Positions 1-11,948 of a stretch of DNA of 64,000 bases are shown here, one piece after another. The notes below the pieces were generated by a model that was given only the letters and a program-made list of their open reading frames with translations, did not search any database and was not told the origin of the DNA. Origin of the DNA: Xanthobacteraceae bacterium (lineage in GTDB: Bacteria > Pseudomonadota > Alphaproteobacteria > Rhizobiales > Xanthobacteraceae); NCBI GenBank assembly GCA_035509535.1, contig DATJLN010000102.1, positions 2,420-66,419 on the forward strand. Direction: 5' to 3'. A program made the position numbers and the translations under genes. Position 1 is the stretch's first letter. Each line of letters begins with the position of its first letter.

Positions 1-214
1 GGACATGGACAGTCCGATAGTTGTGCGCCACTCCAACCAGCGGGCGAGCCGATGTCAAGCCATTCTGCCGCAGCCGAAGGGCGCAAGGCCACGCTCTTGA
101 TACGACAGCGGGTCGCTGGTGATATCGGTCGCTTTGATCCGGTGGAGAATTTCGCCTTCGGCGATTGCGGCGCCGTCGGGGGAGTCAAGCGCCGGCGTGC
201 CTGTACGGTGCAAT

Positions 215-889
215 ATGATCGTCCCCGAACATCCTTTCATTGCCCTTCTCCAAGTCATTCTGATCGACATAACGCTCGCGGGAGACAACGCGATCGTTGT
301 CGGTTTCATGGCATCTCGAGTCGCGCCCGATCAAAGACCAAGGGTCATCTTCTGGGGCATTGCCGGCGCGGTGGTGTTGCGCGCCATTCTTGCCGCGGTT
401 GCGGTCCAGCTCATGGCCATCGTCGGCTTGACCCTGGCCGGCGGCTTGTTGCTCCTTTGGGTGTGCTGGAAGATCGGTCGCGAGCTATGGACGTTGCGGC
501 GAGAGCGGCGCGCCGCCGCCGACGGAGCCTCCGGTCAGCAGACCGCGCCGCCGCCGCTGCCGTTTTGGAGCGCCGTCACGCGGATCGTCGTCGCCGATTT
601 GTCGATGTCGCTCGATAACGTTCTCGCTGTCGCCGGCGCGGCCAAGGGCAGCACGATGGTGCTCGTCGCCGGGCTCGTTTTTTCCGTAGCGTTGACGGCC
701 ACGGCGGCAACGATCCTCGCAAGGCTGCTTGCGCGCCACAGCTGGATCGCATGGTTGGGGCTTGCCATGATTTTGTACGTGGCTCTCGAAATGATCTGGC
801 GCGGCACGATCGAGCTCGATCTGCCGGGGCGCGATCTGAGTGGAGCTGCCCGACATTTCCTCGCGGCGAGTTTCCCGCCCTCTGATTGA
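215..889 (+). CDS. TerC family integral membrane protein
   Basis: ORF 119..889. The internal ATG at 215 gives the typical N-terminus MIVPEHPFIALLQVILIDITLAGDNAIVVG. A second SLDNVLAVAG membrane motif is present; this duplicated DNA(I/V) motif is typical of TerC/YjbE proteins. Confidence 0.8.
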   Translation: MIVPEHPFIALLQVILIDITLAGDNAIVVGFMASRVAPDQRPRVIFWGIAGAVVLRAILAAVAVQLMAIVGLTLAGGLLLLWVCWKIGRELWTLRRERRAAADGASGQQTAPPPLPFWSAVTRIVVADLSMSLDNVLAVAGAAKGSTMVLVAGLVFSVALTATAATILARLLARHSWIAWLGLAMILYVALEMIWRGTIELDLPGRDLSGAARHFLAASFPPSD

Positions 890-971
890 CCTGGCTCAAA
901 TATTTCCAGACCGTTTTTTCATATCCTCGGGGCCTTTGGCCGAGATGAGAATTGTGTTGCAATAGGCTGGT

Positions 972-3626
<2,655 letters not shown>

Positions 3627-3660
3627 ACCCTGACGGAGGCATTTGGTTGAAACCCGTTCG

Positions 3661-4176
3661 ATGAATAATCTCGTAGCCCTCACGATTTCGTTCATTCGCG
3701 ACCACGCGGCCCTGGGGAGCGCCGTGGTTTTCCTGCTGGCCTTTTGCGAATCCTTTGCCTTCATCTCCCTTCTGGTGCCGGCCACGGGGATCCTGCTTGG
3801 CGTGGGCAGCCTCATGCCGGTTCTCGGCATCAAGTTCTGGCCGATCTGGGCTGCGGCGGCCCTGGGCGCGATCGCCGGCGATTGGCTGGCCTACGATTTG
3901 TCGCTTCGCGGGAGAGCGTACCTCGTCACCAGGCGGGGGCTCGCAGGTCATTCCAAGTGGCTCACCCGCGGCACCGAATTCGTCGCCCGCTGGGGGATGC
4001 TCGCGGTATTCGCAGGACGCTTCTTCGGACCGCTTCGCGCCATCGTGCCGATCGCGGCCGGCATTTGCATGATGCCCTGGCTTAAGTTTCAGATCGCGAA
4101 TATCGCGTCGGCTTTGCTGTGGGCCGGCGCAGTCCTAAGCCCGGGTTTCGTCGCGTCGCACTGGCTGATCGGATGA
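3661..4176 (+). CDS. DedA / VTT-domain family membrane protein
   Basis: ORF 3643..4176. The sequence LLAFCESFAFISLLVPATGILLGVG and the hydrophobic profile are typical of DedA. The ATG at 3661 is preferred over the TTG at 3643, which lies only 3 nt after GGAGG. The start is uncertain. Confidence 0.7.
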   Translation: MNNLVALTISFIRDHAALGSAVVFLLAFCESFAFISLLVPATGILLGVGSLMPVLGIKFWPIWAAAALGAIAGDWLAYDLSLRGRAYLVTRRGLAGHSKWLTRGTEFVARWGMLAVFAGRFFGPLRAIVPIAAGICMMPWLKFQIANIASALLWAGAVLSPGFVASHWLIG

Positions 4177-4345
4177 GCGATCGGCGTGCCGTGCGCATGG
4201 CTGTCTCGGAATATGTCCGCGCTGCTATAAAGGCTCGTTCCATGCGTCACTCGATGATCGGCAGAAGGCACCGATCGACAACCTCGGCCCCGGCGACGCG
4301 GCCGGCAAGGGTGGGCCCGGCGGGCCGCCGAAAGAGGCAGCTACG

Positions 4346-5170
4346 ATGACGATTGCATCGATCATGGTCTATGTCGATTTCGACGACGCGACCGAGGCGC
4401 GCGTCCGGCTCGCCGCTGAAATTGCGGCCGAGTTCAACGCGGCGCTCATCGGCATCTCCGGTTGGCCGCTGCGAAAGGACGAAGCCTCGCGATTGGTCAC
4501 GATCGAACATCCCCCCGCTCCCGACGGTCGACTTGAAGCAATTTTGCAACTGCTCGAAGCGCTGGGCCAGCGATTCCGGAAGATCGCGGGCGCCAACCCT
4601 CATGGCGTGGAGTGGCGCTCGTCGACCGATTTCCCGAGGGAGTTTGCCGCCACCGCAGCGCGCGCGGCGGACCTCCTGGTGATCGGCCGCGAATTCTCGC
4701 CCGACGACGTTTATCGCACCTACGATCCGGGAACGATCATATTGGCAGCGGGGCGGCCGGTCCTCACCGTCCCGCCGGGACTTCACCGGTTGCAAATGTC
4801 GCGCGTGCTTGTCGCATGGAAAGGCACGCGCGAGGCGCGACGCGCCGTGCACGACGCTTTACCGTTCCTGCAGCGCGCCAAAGTCGTCGACATCGCCGCG
4901 GTGAGCCTGCCGGGGGCGGCCGGAGCGGCGGCCGAGATCGCGGATGTGGCGCAGTATCTGGGCCGCCACAACGTGGCCGTGAGCCGCCAGATCGCAACCG
5001 CTGTGAGCGAAGACGAAGGCGCCGGCCTGCTCGATCTGGCAAAGCAGCAGCAGGCAGACCTGATCGTGGCCGGCGCTTACGGCAGAACACGGCTCAGCGA
5101 ATGGATTTTCGGCGGTGTCACGCGGCAGCTGCTCACCACGAGTCCCATACCCTGCCTGTTTTCCAATTGA
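4346..5170 (+). CDS. Universal stress protein (tandem Usp domains)
   Basis: 274 aa. The C-terminal LIVAGAYGRTRLSEWIFGGVTRQLL matches the Usp ATP-binding G-x2-G-x9-G(S/T) region. The length fits two Usp domains. Confidence 0.8.
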   Translation: MTIASIMVYVDFDDATEARVRLAAEIAAEFNAALIGISGWPLRKDEASRLVTIEHPPAPDGRLEAILQLLEALGQRFRKIAGANPHGVEWRSSTDFPREFAATAARAADLLVIGREFSPDDVYRTYDPGTIILAAGRPVLTVPPGLHRLQMSRVLVAWKGTREARRAVHDALPFLQRAKVVDIAAVSLPGAAGAAAEIADVAQYLGRHNVAVSRQIATAVSEDEGAGLLDLAKQQQADLIVAGAYGRTRLSEWIFGGVTRQLLTTSPIPCLFSN

Positions 5171-5271
5171 GCACGGAATAGATACCGACGATCCCTTAGA
5201 GCCGGCGAACAATATCGTGGCGCGGGTCGCACAATGTCCGCACAGGATCACAAGGCGACATTTGGCGTTTC

Positions 5272-6174
5272 TCACATGAACCCGGGATTACGCGGAAGAT
5301 ACCGCGTCCAGTCTCCGAACTCGCGGTCAGATACAAGCACCATCGGCAACGTGATGCGCATGCGGTGATTGGCGGCAACTCCAAGCGCGGTTTCGCAATG
5401 GCCCGGTAAAAATGCCGATATTCGATCCGCCCCACCCTCTGCGGCGATCATCAGTGCACCGTCAAATGCCGCGGCCATTACATCGCGCCTGACGACGGCT
5501 AAAGGCCCGACGTGCCCCGTCGCCGCGACGTAGGCATATCCAATGCAATCATTGCCCTCGTTTAGAAAATATCCCCTCATCGCCGGATCGTTCAGTAGAT
5601 ATTTGTGGTGACTCTCGCGCGAAACGCCAAGCGCACTCATGTCCAGGACGCCAAGCATGGCGAGGTGCGACCTGGACGCTTCGGCTCTTCTGAACTCTAA
5701 CCGTGCGTCCGGGCGGGAATCCAAAAGCGACTTGCGGTCGACATTGAGCATGTAGACCGGGAGGCGTGGAAACATCCCATGACGCACATAAAGGCCCTGC
5801 GAGACTGTATTGAACGTGAATGTTATCAAAGCCCTCGTCTTTGCTCCCGCTCGGTCGGCATGACGAAGAGCTTGTCGCAACAACTGCCGTCCGATGCCGC
5901 TCCCTTGCATTCGCGGAGCAATGAATAATTCGGCAAGAAACCAGAGATCGCCGCACACCCAACTGAAGGCGGAGCCTACAATTTCGCCTTCGTCTTCGGC
6001 TATCCAGAACCCGTCGGCATCTTCATTGAAGCAATAGAGCTGGAAGGCTGCCGGACGAACCGATGCCATGGCGCCAAATCCATGCCGCTGCGTCAAATCG
6101 TTGATACTGCTCACGATCAATTCTTGCGCGCGCTGCAATTCATCGGCCCGGGCGGGCCTGAGCGTCGTCGACAT
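5272..6174 (-). CDS. GNAT family N-acetyltransferase
   Basis: 300 aa. IAPRMQGSGIGRQLLRQALRHADRAG is a classic acetyl-CoA binding motif A (Q/RxxGxG/A). Confidence 0.75.
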   Translation of the reverse strand: MSTTLRPARADELQRAQELIVSSINDLTQRHGFGAMASVRPAAFQLYCFNEDADGFWIAEDEGEIVGSAFSWVCGDLWFLAELFIAPRMQGSGIGRQLLRQALRHADRAGAKTRALITFTFNTVSQGLYVRHGMFPRLPVYMLNVDRKSLLDSRPDARLEFRRAEASRSHLAMLGVLDMSALGVSRESHHKYLLNDPAMRGYFLNEGNDCIGYAYVAATGHVGPLAVVRRDVMAAAFDGALMIAAEGGADRISAFLPGHCETALGVAANHRMRITLPMVLVSDREFGDWTRYLPRNPGFM

Positions 6175-6591
6175 GCAGTCCTCGCGGCAAACGCGCTGGT
6201 CTCTCGGCTAGCGTCCAGCCTCGATCATTTATCAGATGCAGGCAAGGAGCCGAGGTCGACCTAATGGCCCTCAATGCCGCACTTGGGGCATGACCCGTCC
6301 TCACGGTGGCCGCGGCTTCTGGCCGGCTCTTCACTCAATCCCGGTCATGTGAGAACGCGCCGCCCAGGGCCCTGAAGTGCTCTCAAGCTGCCAAGAAAGC
6401 TGCCAAGAACCTACACTTCTTCGCCATCCCCGAAGCATTGATTTGGCGGTCATGTGCGTTGCTATTCGGGTTTTCCACGCTGTTTATATCCGCTCGACCC
6501 TCGGCGGCGCAAAGCCATATTTTCCAAACAAGAACCGACATTGGTTCTAGTGACATTTGTTGGATTGGCCGCGCGCTACCGTGTAGGCAAT

Positions 6592-7194
6592 TCAGTTTCG
6601 CTTATCCGCATAAAATTTTGTCAGCGCGTTCGCGTCTTCGAACAATTTCATGTTCTTCGCTACATCGTAACGGCTTTCTCGCAGATTTTCGGGATCCCAT
6701 TCGCTTCGTTCGGCGGCGAAAAAATCGCCGCCATAGACGTGAATGGCCCCGGTGAGCCTGGGGATCGGATTTGTCACCGAATGAATAATGTTATGGCCAA
6801 GCGGCTCGGCGTCACCGACGCTCAGCGCTCGAGCGCCCGCCGCTTCGACCTTGCCGCTGCCATCCGGACGTCGCCGCCAAAACACATTGTCCTCTCGGCC
6901 GCTGTAGATGCCGATCACGGCCCACATTTCGTGGTTATGCGGCATGATTGTCATCATGGGCCCCCAAATGACGTTAAGGATCGTAAGATCCGGCGCGTGA
7001 TAAAGCTTCTTAACTTCAGCACGCTTCGGCTCGCCGATCCCTTTGAGAACAGAATTCGGGTCCGACACGGCGCGCGCGACCACCTCGCGTACCAGCTTGT
7101 GCGATGAGTCGGCGCTGAGCGCAGCCCGGCAATCGGCGGTAAATTGCTCAATGTCGAACATCATATTCTCCTCCAATACGAATTGATCCGACAA
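6592..7194 (-). CDS. Cupin / double-stranded beta-helix metalloprotein (cysteine-dioxygenase-like fold)
   Basis: 200 aa. MPHNHEMWAVIGIYSGRE ... IHSVTNP ... IHVYGGDF has the pattern of conserved predicted metal-dependent cupin enzymes. No closer assignment is possible by eye. Confidence 0.6.
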   Translation of the reverse strand: MSDQFVLEENMMFDIEQFTADCRAALSADSSHKLVREVVARAVSDPNSVLKGIGEPKRAEVKKLYHAPDLTILNVIWGPMMTIMPHNHEMWAVIGIYSGREDNVFWRRRPDGSGKVEAAGARALSVGDAEPLGHNIIHSVTNPIPRLTGAIHVYGGDFFAAERSEWDPENLRESRYDVAKNMKLFEDANALTKFYADKRN

Positions 7195-7325
7195 TAAAGA
7201 ATTCGACCGTCAAGATGCTGACGCAGGTAAATTCCTTTGGCAATCGCGTAGTGAAAGTTGTGCAAGCTGCCGTTACGAGGAACTTTTGGCAATCCACGAC
7301 GACTATCCCGACGCGTCATTGCCTC

Positions 7326-7715
7326 TTATTGCTGGTCGGCACCCTCGATGGCGATGCCCCGGAAGCTGGCGTAATTATCGCCGATATCCTTTTCGAGCTG
7401 CTTCTGTTTGACAGAGAAGGCCTTGAGCGCCTCCATATCGCGAAACTGCAGAAGCACGACGCGACTTGGCGGCGGCGATCCATTCACGCTGAAGGCTTTG
7501 TTGTACCCGCCGCCAAGATACTTGCCCCCGAATTCTTTGATATTGGCTTGCGCCTTGGGCAGAAACTCTTTCGTATAGGCCGCCTGATCTTTGACATCGA
7601 TTTCGGCGACGATATATGCCAATGGCTTCACTTGTGCGTGCAGGACACTCGCCGCGGCAAGTCCCAGTGCGAAACTGCCGATCAATGCGGCGCCAATCTT
7701 ACAAGTGGCTTTCAT
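7326..7715 (-). CDS. DUF1330-family protein with N-terminal signal peptide
   Basis: 129 aa. The core YIVAEIDVKD..AY..EF...A...I..FGGKYL..G......V.G..PPSRVVLLQF.DMEALKAF matches the DUF1330 pattern. The N-terminus MKATCKIGAALIGSFALGLAAASVLHAQ looks like a Sec signal. Confidence 0.7.
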   Translation of the reverse strand: MKATCKIGAALIGSFALGLAAASVLHAQVKPLAYIVAEIDVKDQAAYTKEFLPKAQANIKEFGGKYLGGGYNKAFSVNGSPPPSRVVLLQFRDMEALKAFSVKQKQLEKDIGDNYASFRGIAIEGADQQ

Positions 7716-7795
7716 TTTGTTTCTCTCCCCTCAATTGCGTGCGCGAAGACTGGGCGCGCGCCGCGGACGGACTTCCGGTGTTGCGTCGCCCCGCG

Positions 7796-8083
7796 CTAAA
7801 ACGCGTTGTCATCCGCCATGCGTTGCTCGATCCTTGCGCGGTAATCTTGAAGAGTGGAAATACACGGCAGGTAGCCGGGTGTTTTTGGCCCCATGCCGAG
7901 CTTTCCGCAGAATAAATCCTGCTCTCCGGCAATTTCGTAAGCGCGGAGGGCTTCAGCACGCGCGCGAACTTCGGGCAACCTGGGCAAGGCAAACAGCAAA
8001 GCCCAGGAAGCAAACGCAACCGCAATGGCCCAAAGTGCAATGTTGAATTCTTCGTATATTTTCCGGATGAGCGGCATGATCAC
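7796..8083 (-). CDS. Hypothetical small membrane protein
   Basis: 95 aa with one clear hydrophobic helix (ALWAIAVAFASWALLFAL). No recognisable family. Confidence 0.45.
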   Translation of the reverse strand: MIMPLIRKIYEEFNIALWAIAVAFASWALLFALPRLPEVRARAEALRAYEIAGEQDLFCGKLGMGPKTPGYLPCISTLQDYRARIEQRMADDNAF

Positions 8084-8145
8084 ATCGCAGAGCCTTCAAT
8101 TGGCGACTCGTTAAGAACGGCAACTATCATCGCCGCCCGGTTATC

Positions 8146-8388
8146 TCATCGCGCCGTTATCGTCTGCGTGGACACGCCGGCCTTTTTGCGCGTGGGCAGG
8201 ACAATGTCGCCGCTGACCTGACTGACACAAATTTCGCCGAGCAGCGCGTAGCCATTTGGGCAGATCGCGCGTATGACATCTTTGCTGTAGGAGGGCGTGG
8301 CGCTCGCCATAGCCAACGAGACGGCGGCCAGCAGCGATAAAATGGCGGGCAGCGCGAAAACGGTGCCCACTTTCATGATCAAATTCAT
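8146..8388 (-). CDS. Hypothetical small exported protein
   Basis: ORF 8146..8451. The internal ATG at 8388 is preceded by GGGGA and gives a signal peptide, MNLIMKVGTVFALPAILSLLAAVSLAMA. The mature part has two Cys. Confidence 0.5.
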   Translation of the reverse strand: MNLIMKVGTVFALPAILSLLAAVSLAMASATPSYSKDVIRAICPNGYALLGEICVSQVSGDIVLPTRKKAGVSTQTITAR

Positions 8389-8684
8389 CGTGATTTCCCC
8401 GTCCGCTCCCGAGCAACCGGCGATTCTTTGTGAGAGCCGCGCAGCGCGCACATAGACCAGACCTCGCCGCTGCCGAAGCGCATGTCAGCTTTAGTTAGCG
8501 GATATACGGGACGGGCGGACGGAACACTTTGCGTGCAATTCACCCGAACACGGTCATCTGAGAGGGATCACGCGCGCAGAAAATGAGGTCGGGCGCCACA
8601 TTTTGCTCCCGAACCCCAATGGCGATTGCGGCCGGCGGCCTGATGCCTTTGCCGGATCGTGAGCCCTGCGGGCAAGCCAGGCGG

Positions 8685-9755
8685 TCACAAGGACGCGGCG
8701 ATACCGGGGCTTGGGCCGTGTGGAAGCCGCGTGACGGCTTCGGCGCTTGCAGTGGCCGCGAGATACAAGATGTCGTGGAAATACATGCCGCGCGCCATGC
8801 CGGCGTCGTGGCTGGTCCACATCCGCGGCAGGATCTCGACCTGGCGACCGCCGCGCGCGTGCAGCTTGAGCAGTCCCCGCTCCTCGGCCGCGCCGAGCAA
8901 CTGGCGCACATGCGTGCGCGACACGCCGAACCGGTCGCCGATGTCCGCATAAGACACGGTCGCTGAAGTCCCGTCGCCCTGCGTCATGGCTGTCTGCAAC
9001 AACGCGGAGATAATGATCGGCCCGGCGACATGATCAAAATACATCATCACGTCCGGAATTTCCGCCATGATCGCCGCGCCAAGTCCCATGAAGGGAATGC
9101 TGGCCCGGCGATGCACGATCTGGAACCGGGGATCACGCTGGAGCGCACGGCTATAGTCGTGGTGCGGGTACAGCAGCGCCAAGGGCGTGTAATTGGCCGC
9201 GAGCCAGTCACGGTCGTGCTGCCGCAGCCTTTCGCCGCTCGTTAGAATCCGTACCCGCTTGTCGCGCTCGGACGGATGCGATTCAAGGCAGCCGACCGTA
9301 CAAAGACGCGCGAGCAGATGATCGATATGGCGATCGCTCGCCCGCCCCAGGCCAAAGGCGGCCATGGTCTCCTTCACGAGACCTATCGTCGGCCAGGTCT
9401 CGCGGCGCGCCGGATCGTAGGCGCTCTCGAGAAGAAGGACGATGTAATAGACAAAAAATCGGCCGGACTCGATGAGCAGCCGGATCATGAATGGGTCGCC
9501 GTCGTACACCTTGAGAAAGGAATCAAGGTAGGCCCGGCGGGCCGATTCGAGCTGCGGATGGTCAAGGATGTTCTCGACCGTGATCCGCGGCGCGCGGCCG
9601 AGCAACCGTTCGATTTCAGCCCGTTCCAAGCTTGCCCCCGTCGCCCCGTCACACCGGCTCGCCATTATAAATTGTTTTCGACCCGCGCGTATATTACCGG
9701 GATGAGCCAGCCCGCCCGGCCCGAAGCGGCCGGCCCCGCACAGGGCCCGCCCCAA
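8685..9755 (-). CDS. Uncharacterised putative DNA-binding protein (two winged-helix-like segments)
   Basis: 356 aa maximal ORF; an alternative ATG lies at 9665. The C-terminal YADIGDRFGVSRTHVRQLLGAAEERGLLKL is HTH-like. The central LESHPSERDKRVRILTSGERL is MarR-like. Amino-acid composition is normal, unlike the antisense ORFs. Confidence 0.55.
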   Translation of the reverse strand: MGRALCGAGRFGPGGLAHPGNIRAGRKQFIMASRCDGATGASLERAEIERLLGRAPRITVENILDHPQLESARRAYLDSFLKVYDGDPFMIRLLIESGRFFVYYIVLLLESAYDPARRETWPTIGLVKETMAAFGLGRASDRHIDHLLARLCTVGCLESHPSERDKRVRILTSGERLRQHDRDWLAANYTPLALLYPHHDYSRALQRDPRFQIVHRRASIPFMGLGAAIMAEIPDVMMYFDHVAGPIIISALLQTAMTQGDGTSATVSYADIGDRFGVSRTHVRQLLGAAEERGLLKLHARGGRQVEILPRMWTSHDAGMARGMYFHDILYLAATASAEAVTRLPHGPSPGIAASL

Positions 9756-9974
9756 GGCCGAGGCGATAGACGCCGTGTAGTGTCACGGATGGATCGACGG
9801 AAGGCTCGAAAAGTATAACGATACGCAGCACTGGCTTGCCCGCTTCAGCCACGCGGGTTGGCCAGCAAATGGTCCTGCGGAACCGCAAAAGGGCGTTGGC
9901 GCCAACGGCACAAGGACGAATGCAGCCCCGCTCCGAACGATGTCTGAGATGCGCCATTATCCCGACCCGCCAAG

Positions 9975-11759
9975 TCACTCCGGCAGACCGGCCGTGCGGA
10001 GGCCTTGTTGCAGCCTTATAAGGTCATCAGTTCGCCGAAGCGGAACCCAGTCCTTCACGTTCTGCAGGCGCATCCCGGGATCGATTTTAAGCAGATGCGC
10101 CATTGCTTTCTCCGCTTCGGCCTGCCGACCGGCGAGCGCGCAGGCGGCAGCAAGTTCTCGAATGGCTGCGAGATAATTCGGCCTCTCGCGCAGCGCAGCT
10201 TCCGCCCATGTGATCGCCTCGTCGAAGCGCCCGGCAAGAAGATGCGCCAGCGCGATGCCACCTTGCGCCCTGAATGTCAGCGGATCGAGCGGACTCAATC
10301 GAATGGCGTCCGTCAAATGCTTAATCGCTGTGTCGGGATCGCCGAGAAACACTTTGGTCCAGCCGCTCGAATGCAAGGCCCAAGCGAGATTGGGGTTGAG
10401 CGAAAGCGCGCGTTCAATGAACGCATTGCCGTTATCGAGATCGTGTACAACAAACACCAGGGTGTATCCGCCGCCTGACAGCGCCACCGCGTCGTCCGGC
10501 CCCAACTCCACGGCGCGACGAGCGAGCCGCTCCGCCTCTAATATCTCCTTGTCGCGGTCACCGATCCAGCCGTTCACCTTGCGCCACACGAAGCACCAGG
10601 CGGCCATGCCATACGCCGCGGCAAAACCAGGATCGAGTTCAACCGACCGGTAGAACAAGCCCAGCGCGTCGTCTGCCGACGCTTGGGTCCATTGGTGCAG
10701 GCTGGCCAGGCCACGCAAGTAATAGTCGTACGCATCGAGGCTTTCGGTCGGCTTTCGCCTGGCTCGCTCGATCTCGGCCTGCTCCAGCTTAGGTGCAATG
10801 GCACCGACGACCTTGGCCGTGACCTGATCCTGCAAATCGAAGATGTCCTCGATCGAGCCGTCAAAGCGATCAGCCCAAAGGTGGGCCCCGGTGGACGTGT
10901 CAATGAGCTGGCCGGTGATACGCAGCCGATTGCCTGATTTGCGCACGCTGCCTTCCAGTACGTAACGCACGCCGAGGTCGCGACCGACCTGCTTCACCTC
11001 CACGTTTTTGCCTTTGTAAGTAAAACTCGAATTACGCGCGATGACGGAGAGCCAGCGCATGTGAGATAGGGCTGTGATGATCTCTTCGACGACGCCATCG
11101 GCAAAGTATTCCTGATCCGGGTCGCCGCTCATATTGGCAAACGGCAAAACCGCAATGGATGGGCGTCTGAAAGTGCCCGGTTCGAGCGGCGTGCCGGGGG
11201 GAGATTTCAGCGGTGGCGGTGCTGTGGCTTCTGAAATATGGACGCGATGAACGCCGATCGGCCGCGCGATGTTTTTCACCGATTTCTCACCCAGATCCTC
11301 GAAACCGAAAGAGAGTTTATCGCATACTTGCTCGTAGACGATGCGTGACACGCAGATACCGCCCGGTTCGGCGAGAGCCTCCAGCCGCGCCGCAACATTA
11401 ACGCCGTCTCCAAAGATGTCGTTGTCATCGCTAATGATGTCGCCGACATTGATGCCGATACGAAATTGGATGCGCTTGTCCGGTGTGGTCCCGACGTTGC
11501 GATCGATCATCCCGCGCTGGATGTCCACCGCACAACGTACAGCGTCAACGACGCTGACGAATTCCACCAGGATACCATCGCCAGTGGTCTTAACGATGCG
11601 CCCGCGGTGCTCAATGATTTTGGGATCGACCAGTTCTTTACGGTGCATCTTGAGTTGGCGCAGCGTGCCTTCCTCGTCGACGCCCATGAGCCGGCTGTAG
11701 CCAGCAATATCCCCGGCCAAAATCGCGGCCAGCCTCCGCTCGACACGATCTTCCGACAT
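9975..11759 (-). CDS. Class III adenylate/guanylate cyclase fused to a TolB-N-like domain and TPR repeats
   Basis: ORF 9975..11795; ATG at 11759 preferred. Cyclase motifs: ILAGDIAGYSRLM, KTTGDGILVEF, RIGINVGDII, FGDGVNVAARLE. These are followed by SIAVLPFANMSGDPDQEYFADGVVEEIITALS and C-terminal TPR-like repeats. Confidence 0.85.
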   Translation of the reverse strand: MSEDRVERRLAAILAGDIAGYSRLMGVDEEGTLRQLKMHRKELVDPKIIEHRGRIVKTTGDGILVEFVSVVDAVRCAVDIQRGMIDRNVGTTPDKRIQFRIGINVGDIISDDNDIFGDGVNVAARLEALAEPGGICVSRIVYEQVCDKLSFGFEDLGEKSVKNIARPIGVHRVHISEATAPPPLKSPPGTPLEPGTFRRPSIAVLPFANMSGDPDQEYFADGVVEEIITALSHMRWLSVIARNSSFTYKGKNVEVKQVGRDLGVRYVLEGSVRKSGNRLRITGQLIDTSTGAHLWADRFDGSIEDIFDLQDQVTAKVVGAIAPKLEQAEIERARRKPTESLDAYDYYLRGLASLHQWTQASADDALGLFYRSVELDPGFAAAYGMAAWCFVWRKVNGWIGDRDKEILEAERLARRAVELGPDDAVALSGGGYTLVFVVHDLDNGNAFIERALSLNPNLAWALHSSGWTKVFLGDPDTAIKHLTDAIRLSPLDPLTFRAQGGIALAHLLAGRFDEAITWAEAALRERPNYLAAIRELAAACALAGRQAEAEKAMAHLLKIDPGMRLQNVKDWVPLRRTDDLIRLQQGLRTAGLPE

Positions 11760-11845
11760 TCCGCCGCCCTCGCGATGTCGCACGGACCGTATCATACTAA
11801 GGTCTGGACGTCAGTCGTCGCCGTTTTCCAAGATTCTTCGTGCCG

Positions 11846-11880
11846 AGCGGGCCGGTTCGATACCGGTCCGCTTTTTGCGC
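11846..11880 (+). terminator. Hairpin plus T5 (terminator-like) with no upstream plus-strand gene
   Basis: agcgggccgg-ttcgata-ccggtccgct forms a 10-bp stem (one G.T pair) followed by ttttt. It lies between the cyclase start (minus strand) and the stop of the 11949..12362 gene (minus strand). Confidence 0.4.
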
Positions 11881-11948
11881 GCCGCTCTTGAGAGCAACTA
11901 TTTCAAGCTTGCCGACTTGCCCGATTGGGTAGCGCGCGCCCACGATCT

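Noticed and set aside
119-214. N-terminal extensions of several track ORFs: TerC 119..214, Bug receptor 22529..23059, RND 50228..50380, zinc-finger 60736..60918, and lipoprotein 25030..25167.
   Set aside because: The extensions are Arg/Pro-rich or overlap the upstream gene. Internal starts restore the canonical N-termini or signal peptides and have better SD sequences.
150-214. A possible yybP-ykoY (Mn2+) riboswitch upstream of TerC, suggested by GGGGAGTCAAGCG at about 178..190.
   Set aside because: Only one short segment resembles the GGGGAGUAG core. It lies about 25 nt from the start codon, leaving no room for the four-way junction, and the second conserved half was not found. The upstream part is also cut by the window edge.
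11846-11880. A tRNA-like T-arm (GGTTCGATACCGG).
   Set aside because: No acceptor stem, D-arm or anticodon arm can be drawn around it. It is better explained as a simple hairpin followed by a T-tract.
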